NCBI GenBank assembly: GCA_964035545.1
Contig: OZ037766.1
Span: 3,286,001-3,350,000 of the forward strand
Source: Bugula neritina
Taxonomy: Eukaryota; Animalia; Bryozoa
Direction of reading: 5' to 3'
Length of the DNA stretch: 64,000 nucleotides
Shown: in pieces, positions 28,698-41,396 of the stretch
Position numbering within the stretch: position 1 is the first letter of the stretch
Layout of the letters: each line of letters begins with the position of its first letter
Notes under the pieces: generated by a model
Told to the model about the DNA's origin: nothing
Database searches by the model: none
What the model saw: only the letters and a program-made list of their open reading frames with translations
Translations under genes and position numbers: made by a program

Positions 28698-29330
28698 GTG
28701 AGCTATCAGTTATATATATTTCTTTTATTTACTTTTTTTTATTAGAATATTTTTTTGGAGTGTATTTAAAAAAAATTCAAAATATATTTCTTTTTATACG
28801 TTAGAAAACAAAAGATTTATTTTGTTTCATAAGAAAATAATTATAATATTCATATATAAGTAACAATGAAACAATGTTATATTTCCGTTGTACTGTAGCC
28901 ATATTTAAGGCATTGCATGTAAGTTATATAAAGATGCATTATAAATGAGTGCAATATAATTGTTTTAATCTAGCAGTTAAGTTTTTCCTAATAGGGAGAG
29001 CTTTTAGCACAGCAATTACAAGGATTTCATAATAATAATTTGATTGAATAAATTTTTAAAAACAACTTTTAACTAAATAACTTTTTAAATAAAACTCTTA
29101 ACTGCACAAATATCACAGTCTGGCTAAAAAATTAAAGAATAATTATTGGGTTTATAGCTTCTGATAGAATTTAGTTAATATATTTGGAATCCAACTCTAA
29201 CACTAATGTATTTGGCATAACAGTTCCAGCTACAAACCATTATTTTTGATAATTATTAATGGGAAATATAACCTGTTTCGTTCACTGTATTAACTTATAT
29301 TTATTGTGTTTTAGACTTCCAACTGTAAAC

Positions 29331-29561
29331 ATGAAGGTCATTGCAATCCTATTGGCTGTCTGCCTTGTGCTTGCCTCAGCTGCTTACCGTTACAACAACT
29401 ACCGCTACAACAGCTACAGGCCATCTAGCTACAGACGCTACAACAACTACAACAGGGGATACAACAGCTACAACAGGGGTTACAACAGCTACAGATCCTA
29501 CAACAACAGGGGATACCACAACACACACAGGAGACGCGGCAGCTATTATTACAGAGGATAA
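29331..29561 (+). CDS. Secreted class B1 peptide precursor (76 aa; one extra NRGYNSY repeat relative to 336-545)
   Basis: Mirror copy of 336-545. TATA 28625-28632; predicted introns 28698-29314 and 29587-29947; AATAAA 30097-30102. Confidence 0.9.
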   Translation: MKVIAILLAVCLVLASAAYRYNNYRYNSYRPSSYRRYNNYNRGYNSYNRGYNSYRSYNNRGYHNTHRRRGSYYYRG

Positions 29562-31146
29562 ATTTTTGTTTTAAAACCTGATAAATGTGAGTAACATTTA
29601 TAAATGAAGGGGTTTGCTATACAATATTATTGTATAATATATATGCACATGACATATACAGTTATTATTGGGTGATTATAATTTATTCAATTTTATTTCA
29701 ATTTCAATTATTCAATTTAATTTGATATATATTTATTCCAATAATATCAAACTCTTTTAGACTCATCAAGGCTTCACATTTTCTGCTCTATAGTTACAGC
29801 TGAAATAATTCTATATTGAGAAAAAGTTATAAAAAATTCATCTTTTTCATGAATTATCATAATTATTATAGTTGAATAACAAAATTATATTTGCATTTAT
29901 GTTCATAATAAATGTGGTTTATAATAATTTTTTTTTGCTTTATGCAGAAATGCTGACTTCGAAGAACCGATGCTGCCTGAGGATCCTGACAACTACACAA
30001 TTTGCTTTAACTAATTGTTACTTTGTTATTTAATGGTTTTAAAAATTTTAGTTGAAAGTTTGTTTTTGTTGAGTTATCTTGTTGATTGTTATTTTCAATA
30101 AAATTTATCCAAATAAATTTCTGCTCATTTCAATTATTGATCTACCTTATTGTTACCATAACAATTATATTATGGAGCTATTGCACTAGTGTGTTTTTAT
30201 AGTTCTTGTATTTTGCATAACATAGCTGTTCAAGTTTGAGAGTTATGGTAGCTGTGAGATAAGAGTTATATAATAAAGCAGGTCTTTCATGAAAAGTATT
30301 GTTGAGTATTTTAGTTTAGCAATAAAAAAACTTGCTTTTAGTATACTAAATAGTATAATTGTAGCAGTAATACATGTTTTTTCTACCATCAAAATTATAT
30401 GTGTTATAGATTGTACATTTAGTTTGAGTGAATGTATTTGTTGTTATTTAATTACTTGTTTATTTGACATTCATTGCGCCTGCCATTTTAAGACAACTCT
30501 AACTGCATGTTGTTGTTTCCCCCAAGTCTTGCTATATAGCTATCAAGTGAATAAAAAATTTTTCTGTATACATTATATCAACCACTGCAACTAAAATATT
30601 TGCATATCAATAAAGCATATTAATTTAAGCATATGCGTTTCATAAGCCAAAATCTAAAAACCAATATAAAAAATATTTTAAAAATAATGATGTGTGCCAG
30701 CATATAATTGTAGTTGTGGTTTTATTTAAAACCAAACAAAATGATAAAGACTTAATATGCATTATAACTTATTGCTTTAGAGTTTATAGCCATGCTACAC
30801 AGCTTAACAAAGTTTCTGGAATTGTGGAAAATATTTAACTCAACTTCAAGCTTTAAAAAAATGTATCACATGTTTAAAAGCTCCAGATTTTATTTGCAAA
30901 CTAATATTGCTGTGTACAAAAAACAATTGTGTTATCTTGTCAAGTTATCTACAGCAGTAGAAAACTGCTTTAAGAAGCTATTTTTAGAGGTTTTTCAAAG
31001 TTTTGAGTTATATTTAAGCCAAACTAGTTTTACTAATTATCTATTGAGTATTTTTTTGTTGGAGTTGTGTTTTCCTAAGAAAAATTACTTTATTTTACAC
31101 TTGCTTACAGTATTTTAATAATGTTGCTAAAACAGATCATATAATA

Positions 31147-31152
31147 TGTATG

Positions 31153-31251
<99 letters not shown>

Positions 31252-31339
31252 GTGTGTGTGTGTGTGTGTGTCTGTCTGTGTGTGTGTGTGTGTGTGTGTG
31301 CGTGTGCGTGTGCGTGTGCGTGTGCGTGTGTGTGTGTGT
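31147..31339. repeat. Compound (TA)n(TG)n(TGTGCG)n microsatellite
   Basis: Direct reading. Confidence 0.95.
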
Positions 31340-31756
31340 TTGATGTGTCTGTGCCTGATAAAAAGGAAATATTATTTTGCTTTACATTTATTAAAAATTT
31401 TATTTCAACAAAACTGAGTTTTTAAATTAAACAATAAAAGCAACAAAAACAAATATCAACAAATACTAAATAAAAGAAATTAAAAAGTCAAAAGGTATCA
31501 ATTTATATTCTAGTCGCGGAATTCATTCATCATTTCCATAGTTCACAGGTTACTTCAAATTCTAAAATAAAGAGAAAATACAACTTTAGTTTTATGTGTT
31601 ATCTTAACCTCATATTAATAGCAATAAGGGAATCATGCATAATATAGAATGCAAACTTTTAAAAAACATAAGAACTTGATATAGTACTAATTTCACACTA
31701 TTTTTAACATAAACTAGTTTATTCATTTATATCATAATTTAATTACACACAGAGCT

Positions 31757-31978
<222 letters not shown>

Positions 31979-32032
31979 ACTTTTCATATAAATTATATAT
32001 TATTAGTATAACATGCAAACTTACCAAAGTTA

Positions 32033-32317
32033 TTAGTACCGGTTGCTGTAAGAAACTCTGTGTACAGGTCTATAGCTACCATATGAGGTCCTTCTGTTGT
32101 AACTGCTGTAACCACCTTTTCTGTTGTAACCTCTTCGGGTGTTGTAACCTCGTCTGGTGTTGGAGTATCCTCTACCGTAACTAGGTCTGTTGTAGTTGTT
32201 GTTGTAGTTGTTGTTGTAGCGAGCAGGTCTGTTGTAGCTGCCTCTGGGTGCATAACCTCCATAGCTAGCAGCAGCAAGTGCCAAGCAGACAGCCAATAGG
32301 ATTGCGATGACCTTCAT
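32033..32317 (-). CDS. Secreted Tyr/Arg/Asn/Gly-rich peptide precursor, class B2 (94 aa, RRGYN repeats)
   Basis: Signal peptide [21 protein letters not shown] 32652-32659; predicted introns 32328-32575 and 31562-32024. Confidence 0.9.
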   Translation of the reverse strand: MKVIAILLAVCLALAAASYGGYAPRGSYNRPARYNNNYNNNYNRPSYGRGYSNTRRGYNTRRGYNRKGGYSSYNRRTSYGSYRPVHRVSYSNRY

Positions 32318-32521
32318 TATTTTAATGCTAAAAGAATGCCACAGACCAATTTAACTGCAAATGTTTTGATAGTTATCTATTGAGAATAAATTATTTTCAC
32401 TCTACTTCCTTAAGTTTGTAAATAAGCTTTGCATTTATGAAAATGTATCTTTCGTTATACCTACAGATTATTTGTTAGCCTAAAAGTAGATTGAATTTTA
32501 CATTAAAGGCAAAATTCAAAA

Positions 32522-32528
<7 letters not shown>

Positions 32529-32567
<39 letters not shown>
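32529..32567. repeat. (TA)n microsatellite in intron 1 of gene 32033
   Basis: Direct reading. Confidence 0.95.
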
Positions 32568-32571
<4 letters not shown>

Positions 32572-32575
32572 TTAC

Positions 32576-32710
32576 AGTTGTGTGGTTACAAGACAGCTTG
32601 TGTACAGTTGAGATGCAGAGTAGAGAATGAATTCAACATAATCTACTGCTCTATTTATACTCTACTAGACCGGCATTTGGGTGATTGATTGATGAAGAAT
32701 AATGACTATT
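32576..32710 (-). promoter_or_regulatory. Class B2 core promoter and exon 1 (gene 32033); homologs at 38685-38820 and 44133-44270
   Basis: AATGCCGGT-n9-TATAAATAGAG and exon motif CTCAACTGTACACAAGCTGTCT. Confidence 0.65.
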
Positions 32711-33204
32711 TTTAACTCAACATGGCATACAGCTTCAATTTAGTAGATTAAAACTGCACTATCATTGTGCTAACTGATCTCTTAGAAACCGCAATAAATT
32801 AGCAATAACTAGTGATATATATGTATGAAACACCAAGTGCATTTATGTTTAATCAACAGAATATACCTTTAGTCTTACTTGTAAATAAGTTATGTGTTAG
32901 AGTTACAAAATTATTTTTCAAAATGTAAAACTCTTATTTGAAAATAGCTTCTAAATTTTTTTAATAGCATAGTTCTATTCACATATCTATACGTTTGGCA
33001 ATAAACTTTGTCTCAAAAAAGAATTTTTTCCTGTGAGCGAAAAGTTGAAGTTGAAAAATGACTATATTACATTCATTAAAAAGATAATAATTTTTGTTAC
33101 AAGCAATATATAGTGGAGTTTATTTGTACAAAGAGTTTTAAGACATATAATAAAAGCTCGCACAAGTTTATTATAGTCACTATATCTGTGTGAGAAACGC
33201 TCTG

Positions 33205-33381
33205 ATATGGAAAAGCTCTTGTTAAATTAAGCTGGCTAAGGGCTTGTTCAGATGGGGCACAGTAGCAGTTATGATGAATGAAGGCTTTTCCTAACATCAC
33301 AAATGGCCTTGGCCAGGGCTCGAACCCACGACTTTGTGTTTTCTAAGCAAACACTCTAACCTCTAGATCACAACTGCTCCC
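33205..33381 (-). mobile_element. tRNA-derived SINE-like repeat, family 2
   Basis: Head GGGAGCAGTTGTGATCTAGAGGTTAGA, B-box GGTTCGAGCC; body homologous to 55656-55830. Confidence 0.65.
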
Positions 33382-34733
33382 TAATTTCCTCAAGGTATAT
33401 ATTGACGTTATATGATAAAAAATGTACTTATAGCATATATATAAGCACTGAAAACATATATAAACTGGGTTATATAACATGTTAGAATTGGGGATATGGT
33501 TCTTGCAACTTGGTTAGTGAAAAGTTTAATTCTTCCATAACTTAGTTATAATATAATAACATAATTATATTAAATATGCATAATTCTACACATTATATTA
33601 ATGTGTTTTACAAAGGGTAGGCAGTATTTTAATTTAGGATCTGAATTTTTAATCTTTATACTTTCCAAATTATTATAGCATCCAGCATTTCAAACTTGTT
33701 TAAATTTTACCATTTCTGTATTATCAATTTAATTAATGCTAGGTTATAGTCACAAAAATATTGTGCAAAAAATGATAAAGATATAGGAGCATTATTAGTA
33801 TTGAAAATATTGAATATCTGACAAGGAATTTTTTTTTTATTGAATTTTATTATTATAACTTGTAAAAGTTATAAATGTTAAAGACATAAACAGAAAATAC
33901 TACAATATAATACCAAAAATTATCAAAACAATTTGCTGTATATGATTGTAATTAACTTATAGTGTTAACAGTATCTAAAAATATAATCACCGTACAAAAC
34001 TTCTAGAAAGCAATTTTGCCATCATAAAAACAGTGATATATTCATGAAGATAGCAGCACATGTGAATGCATTTAATGTGGTTTAATCTTTTTATCAAAGC
34101 AAAATATTTTAGCATAAATATATTAGCAATTATATGCACATGCAGATAAAATTAAGTATACACATAAGTTTACTGTAATTACAGCTATACGCAATCACCA
34201 CATAGCACTGTGAGTCATTTAGACTTTGCCACAATCATCTCATTTATTATCATTACTTATTTCCATAAAGCATATACTTAAAAAACTGGAAACCTCAATA
34301 ACTGCGTTGAATCATTCACCTTATATAGAATGCACACTTATTTTATTATTGGTACATTCCGGTCTGATTATAAGTTCACTTGTACTAAGTTAGCTTTTGT
34401 AAGTGGACTAACGACTTTTGCAGTTATAATAATAATAAAGTTTCGATTTCAATTTATATATAATTTTATTAGTTTCAACTTCCTATAATATATCATATAG
34501 ATATGCTTTAATTTGTAGAAATTGACCGTATGAGATTTTATAATATAAGTCCTAATGCAGAGCTATTTCTGATCACAGAAAGCCATAAGCACTTGTGGTC
34601 TTTGCATGATGACACTTCAATCATCATATTAAAAAACTATGTATAACAGCAAAGTAACCTCCAGACCACACTTACAATATACTATGGTAGTATATTTGCT
34701 ATACACTGCAGTATAGCGTAAGGCTACTCTTAG

Positions 34734-34840
34734 TGTAGTGTTGAGTTTACCCCATGGTCCCGTGGTGTAATGGTGGCACACTTTCTTGCAAGCCAGAAGA
34801 CTGGGGTTCGATTGACAGTGGGGGCAAAATTATCTTTCAC
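34734..34840 (+). mobile_element. tRNA-derived SINE-like repeat, family 1
   Basis: A-box TGGTGTAATGG, B-box GGTTCGATT, imperfect stems, shared leader TGTAGTGTTGAGTTTACCC and GGGGCAA-ATTAT tail. Confidence 0.65.
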
Positions 34841-37800
34841 TTAGCAGTTCTAGCTATTGTATACCACTGAGCTGGAAAAGACCAGTATTATTGAGTTCAT
34901 TGTAGTATACTTTGTTTACAAATATGCAATCTAATTGATGTAATTTTTTCTAGTAACCAAGAACACTAATCATACGCAATCAGCAAGTGCGTGGTTACTA
35001 CTTAAGGTATATATTATAAGCAAGTTATGTGATCACAAAGCTTGTAAATAATTTTGTGAAAAGAGGCCTAGCTATATAAGGATGGTTTAAATGTTTGCTG
35101 ATGTACTTACTTTTGATTCACTTCCAAATGAATAAATTATTTTTTAAATAAGAACTTTGCCGAGTTTTTGCAATTGTGCATGTGTAATAAAGCTAAATTA
35201 CTTACCATAAAGATGATGAAATATTCAAACTGTACCAGCATCACATAGTTAGCAGCAGTTAAAAGAAGCTGCATAGGAAATTAATATTCTAGATTAGCAT
35301 AGCAGGCTTGAATTTTAAATCAGAAAATTTAAACAAAAAACAGTAATTTTTTGCTTTGTACAATCAGCACCTGACTTGGGTGTTAAGTAAAATATTATTT
35401 AAGCCATTATTGTTTCTTTCCATAATAAAGTGCTTATAAATATTTGCATTTATAGAATAACACACTGATTATATATGAATCAAAATACTTATATATTATT
35501 GTTGAAGATTTTGTTTTTCAATACTTATATTTTGATTCTACTACTAATAATAACTTATGTTTGTAGAAGTTTTTAAATGACATGTTTTTGTTCGCAAATG
35601 ATTCATAAAAAGCTCAGACATTGAAAACTGGTTGTGGTGATTCACATGACAGGTGATCAACTATATAGTAAAGAAATACGTCCATTAAGTCACTTCTGTA
35701 TATATAGGCCTATAATAATTAAGCACTTAACATATAACTTGCCTCTGCCTAATTGCCATTACATTGTACAAAGAGCATTTATTGCGCAAATGTGTCAGCC
35801 TCGCCTGTTTTGAAGATTAGAAATAAACTGTGTGGGTTAAAAATTAGGTTGAACCAATCAGCACACGCCTTAAGGGTCTCCTATTGCTATAATATTTTAT
35901 CATATAGATATCTAAAACCATAAAGTTCTTTTTGATCGCATTTCATCAATTTGGAACTTTAAATTAGCTGCTTTTTATTTTTATTTTAAAATTAAAACGG
36001 TAAACTTACAAATTATTGCAATTCCTATTTCATTAAAGCTCAACTTTATTGGAATTTCTTTACAACAAAATTTGTTTTGCTGTTGCAAGAATCATCGATT
36101 ACATTAAAATAAATACTCAATTAATTTCAAGAATATAAGCATGCAGTTGCTTTGGTTACAACTGAACTTGCATTTAAAATTAACTTACAAATAGATTTCT
36201 TCAAATTTCAATAAAATGAGCTCAGGTATATAATTCTCATATTTCATTTTTTTCTCCAATACAAGATATCATGTATAGATAGTTTATTGTAACTTTACTG
36301 AGATATATTTCAATACTTATAACAATTTCATCAGGTATAAGCTGTATATAGGCACTAACACCAGTGTGGTCGCAAATAAATAAAACAGGTAATAAGTTAC
36401 TGAGAATTTAGAGTCTAAAAATCATGATTAGAAGCTTTTTACAATTACAACCTAATAATGGTGAGCAATTCTATAATCAATTTAAATTGATTTGTAATGT
36501 AGATTTCACGTAAACTGTTTTTTTTCTGATGCTCAAGTATAATACACACTACCAACCATATATAATTTAATAAATTTATTTGTTGAAGCAATTTTATCAA
36601 CAATAATTTTAGTCCCATCAACTGCTTATAGAGTAGAGTCTAGCTTTAGTTAATCTGGCTACCATATTTTTTTAAATCAATGAAAAATTCTTTTGTGAGT
36701 AAAATAATACGCAAACTGAACTCATTTCCTTTAATCATAATTTTGGTCTATATTTAATATATTAAAACCAAGAATTTTTTTTATATCAAGTTGAAGCTAA
36801 GTTTTTTTTATTTTGCAGATAAATGAAAAATTGCAATTAAGTTAATTCATCTTTAGCCCAAAAATAATATATTAATATGTGGAGTTGTTTTTAGTTGTTA
36901 ACTACAATATTTTAAAAATGGTTATCGCTATAATGCTAAAATTTAGGCTATAATATGATTGGCCTGAAACAACCAATCAGTATGCAAATATTTCACAATT
37001 TTATTTATTTGTTACAATGTCTAATTTTCGAAAGTTCTTAAAAATTTTAAAAATGACACTAATAGCTAGTACACATCAAAAATTATCTATTTTCTAAAAC
37101 CTTTTTAAATGAAGCTTATGCAGTTGCACTAAAAGTACTTATATTCTGCAACTTAAATATTCTAAAGTTAAGTTTTTAATCAAAAAAAGAAAGAGAATAT
37201 AATATTGTTCAAGCTAAACAAATGCGCATTTCGATAATAATGCACTGTAGCTAAAATATTTTTTCATAAGATTAAACAGCTTTCTTAAATATAATATTTT
37301 CTACTTATTTGTAGTTTAGCTATAATTATTATAAAAACAACATAATAGCCCTAAGTTGTTTAATGTAAAGAGAATATTTAATTTAAGTTTTATGTCTGCA
37401 GTATTTCTATTCACATAAAACTGCACATTATATATAATATGTAATCCTAAATGTGTCATGTGCCACAAAGGATCAATTGAGACAAAGCAATTATTGCACA
37501 ATCTGTAATACAAAATTAATAATATACTACAAAATGTGTTAAAGATTAGATAAAGTTTTGTTCAATTAATATCTATTATACTTTTAAAATGTTGCTACGC
37601 TTCATTTTACTATGCTTCGCTTTGTATTATAGGTATTTTGTCCGTTTGTGTTATCATATATATGCCAACAATACCATGATAAGACTAAAATATATGCTGT
37701 GCTTTACTATCAATTATTTGACCAAACTTATTTATATTGAATCTCAGCTTGCTATAGTAATTATAGCGCTTAACAGCGTGTTTTGGACTACCGGTATTAG

Positions 37801-38235
37801 CGTTTTTACTTTAATTAATGACTATATATAATAAAATCAAACTTTTGTTGTTTTTTGAAATTGTGAATTTTTGTATTTATTCAACAAAAACTAAAGTTCA
37901 TTTTAATATTTAAAAAAATAAAAACTTAAACAAAAGCTTAACAAGAAAAAATCTTTTAAATTTATGGTTATTCGGTTATCAAGGTTCCAGTCGATTCAAT
38001 CATCATGCATCAGTGTCCGAGGTTAGGTCTAGATTCTAAAATAATAAATTCCAAAAGTCACATAAATTTAGTAAACATAAAAGAAATTTAGAAAGAAATC
38101 GAAAAAGAAATATTGAAACTAAAATTACTTATAGATAAAAGATTAATGCAATAATTGCAAAGAATGACCGGTTGGTAGATTTTTTTAATTTCTGAACACC
38201 AAATGCTGCATCTAAATAACAACTTACTGGAGCAC

Positions 38236-38505
38236 TTAGTACAAAGTGTTGTAAGATGGCTTTCTGTAGCTACCATATGAGGTCCCTCTGTTGTAGCTGT
38301 TGTAACCACCTTTTCTGTTGTAGCTGCTGTAACCACCTCTTCTGGTGTTGTAACCTCTTCTGGTGTTGGAGTATCCTCTGTTGTAGTTGTTGTTGTAGTT
38401 GTTGTATTGAGCAGGTCTGTTGTAGCTGCCTCTGGGTGCATATTGCCCATAGCTAGCAGCAGCAAGTGCCAAACAGACAGACAATAGGATTGCGATGACC
38501 TTCAT
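38236..38505 (-). CDS. Secreted class B2 peptide precursor (89 aa)
   Basis: Signal peptide plus RRGYN repeats. TATA 38761-38768; predicted introns 38516-38684 and 38036-38227. Confidence 0.9.
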   Translation of the reverse strand: MKVIAILLSVCLALAAASYGQYAPRGSYNRPAQYNNYNNNYNRGYSNTRRGYNTRRGGYSSYNRKGGYNSYNRGTSYGSYRKPSYNTLY

Positions 38506-40208
38506 GATTTTTTTGCTAAAAGAATAACAAGTTGGTTTTATTTCAAGTTGCTTTTTATTAGGACAAAATTATTTATTACAATTCATTTTCATTGAGCTTT
38601 TAAATATCTTTTGTTACCGATTTACCTTCAGCAAGCTAAATCTTAGTCAAGAGTAAAACTAGAATCAATATAATATATACTTACAGTTGTATGGTTACAA
38701 GACAGCTTGTGTACGGTTGAGATGCAGAGTAGAGAATGAATTCAACATAACCCACTACTCTATTTATACTCTAGTAGACCGGCATTTGGGTGATTGATTG
38801 ATGAAAAATAATGACTATTTCTGGTTACACATGTCATGCAGTGTCTTTAATATTCTCAAAAACTGCACCATCATTGCATAACATTACTTTTAAGTTTTCT
38901 TGCTGAATAAAGTGGTACCATAGTTACTGCTTGCCGCCATCAATTACCCTGTAGTCAATTCATTCAATCCCCTCTTGACTTAAAAAGCACAACCTACAGG
39001 ATACAAATAGAAGAACTATGAGCCTAACTTAGTTATAATATACTAACATGTATTAAATATATGCATAATTCTACACATTATATTAATATGTTTTACAGAG
39101 AGTTGGCAGTATTTTAATTTATTGAATTTTCAATCTTTATACTTTCCAAATTATTATAGCATTAACCAGCATTTCAAACTTGTTTAAATTTTACCATTTC
39201 CGTATTATTAATTAATGCTAGGTTATAGTCACAAACAGATTGTGCAAAAAATGATCGAGATATATGAGCATTAATAGTATTGAAAATATTGATTATCAGA
39301 CAAGAAATTTTTTTCTTTTATTGAATTTTATTATAATAACTTGTGAAAATTAAAAATGTTAAAGACATAAACAGAAAATACTACAATATAATACCAAAAA
39401 TTATCAAAACAATTTGCTGTATGATCGTGATTAACTTATAGTGTTAACAGTATCTAAAAATATAATCACTGCACAAAACTTCTAGAAAGCAATTTGCCAT
39501 CATAAAAACAGTGATATATTCATGAAGATAGCAGCACATGTGAATGCATTTAATGTGGTTTAATCTTTTCATCAAAGCAAAATATTTTAGTATAAATATA
39601 TTAGCAATTATATGCACATGCAGATAAACTTAAGTATACACATAGCTTTACTGTAATTTCAGCTATACACCATCACCACATAGCACTGTGAGTCATTTAG
39701 ACTTTGCCACAATCATCTCATTTATTATCATTACTTATTTCCATAAAGCATATACTTAAAAAACTGGAAACCTCAATAATTGTGTTGAATCATTCACCTT
39801 ATATAGAATGCACACTTATTTTATTATTGGTACATTCCGGTCTGATTATAAGTTCACTTGTACTAAGTTAGCTTTTGTAAGTAGACTGACGACTTTCACA
39901 GTTATAATAATAAGAAAGTTTCGATTTCAATTTCTATATAATTTTATTAGTTTCAACTTCCTATAATATATCATATAGATATATGCTTTAATTTGTAGAA
40001 ATTGATCATATGTAGATTTTATAATATAAGTCCTAATGCAGAGCAATTTCTGATCACAGAAAGCCATAAGCACTTGCGGTCTTTGCATAACGACACTTCA
40101 ATCCGAATATGAAAAAACTATGTATAATAGCAAAGTAACCTCTAGCCCACACTTACAACTATGATAGTATATTTGCTATACGCTGCAGTAGCGTAAGGCT
40201 ACTCTTAG

Positions 40209-40315
40209 TGTAGTGTTGAGTTTACCCCGTGGTCCCGTGGTGTAATGGTGGCACACTTTCTTGCAAGCCAGAAGACTCGGGTTCGATTGACAGTGGGGGC
40301 AAAATTATTTTTCAC
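40209..40315 (+). mobile_element. tRNA-derived SINE-like repeat, family 1 (duplicated with the tandem unit)
   Basis: Near-identical to 34734-34840. Confidence 0.65.
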
Positions 40316-41290
40316 TCAGCAGTTCTAGCTATTGTATACCACTGAGCTGAAAAAGACCAGTATTATTGAGTTCATTGTAGTATACTTTGTTTACAAATAT
40401 GCAATCTAATTGATGTAATTTTTTCTAGTAAACCAAGAACAATAATCATACGCAATCAGTAAGTGTGTGGTTACTACTTAAGGTATCTATTATAAGCAAG
40501 TTATGTGATCACAAAGCTTGTAAATAATTTTGTGAAAAGAGGCCTATATAAGGATGGTTTAAATGTTTGCTGATGTACTTACCTTTGATTCATTTCCAAG
40601 CGAATAAATTATTTTTTAAATAAAAACTAAAATTTGTCGAGTTTTTGCAATTGTGCATGTGTAATAAAGCTAAATTATTTACCACAAAGATGATGAAATA
40701 TTCAAACTGTGCCAATATCCTATAGTTAGCACTAGTTGAAAGAAGCTGCATAGAAAATTAACATTCTAAATTAGCATAACAGGCTTGAATTTTAAATCAG
40801 GAAATTTAAACAAAAAATGTATTTTTTTGTTTTTTAAAATTAGAACTGAACTTGGGTGTTAGGTGAAATATTATGAACCATCACTGTTTTTTTCTATAAT
40901 GTGTTTATAAATATATTTGCATTTATAACATAACACACTGATTATATATGAATCAAAATACTGATATTATTGTTGAAGATTTTATTTTTCAATATTTTTA
41001 TTTTCATTTTACTATATACTAATAATGACTTATGTTTGTAGATAAGTTTTTGAATGATATGTTTTTTTTTGCAAATGATTCATAAAAAGTTTAGACGTTG
41101 AAAACTGGTTGTGGTGATTCACATGGCAGGTGATCAATTATAATAAAGAAATACGTCCATTAAATCACTTCTGTATATAATTAAGCACTTAACATATAAC
41201 TTGCCTGTGCCTAATTGCCATTAAATTGTACAAAGAGTATTCATTGCGCAAATGTGTCAGCCTTGCCTGTTTTGAAGATTAGAAATAAAC

Positions 41291-41396
41291 TGTGTGGGTT
41301 AAAAATTAGGTTGAACCAATTAGCACACGCCTCGAGTCTCCTATAGGAGACTCGAGGCGTGTGCTGATTGGTTCAACCTAATTTTTAACCCACACA
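41291..41396. repeat. 106-bp loopless palindrome (1 mismatch)
   Basis: TGTGTGGGTT...GAGTCTCCTA|TAGGAGACTC...AACCCACACA, centre between 41343 and 41344. Confidence 0.95.

Larger units (their letters stand above)
18330..29898. repeat. Right arm of ~30-kb imperfect inverted duplication
   Basis: Reverse complement of ~1-11900 with substitutions and indels; inner boundary approximate. Confidence 0.92.
33538..39024. repeat. Direct tandem duplication, unit 1 (~5.5 kb, contains gene 38236 and a SINE)
   Basis: Starts TAACTTAGTTATAATATA and ends GAAGAACTATGAGCC; collinear with 39025-44472. Confidence 0.9.

Noticed and set aside
546-29330. N-terminal extensions in the ORF track (starts 617, 4539, 15285, 25368, 29259)
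   Set aside because: They lie upstream of a conserved AG acceptor in intron 1, differ between paralogs and would bury the signal peptide.
34756-34826. Functional tRNA gene (apparent GCA anticodon), also at 40231-40301
   Set aside because: Acceptor, anticodon and T stems pair poorly and diverged relatives are dispersed in the window; treated as SINE-like.
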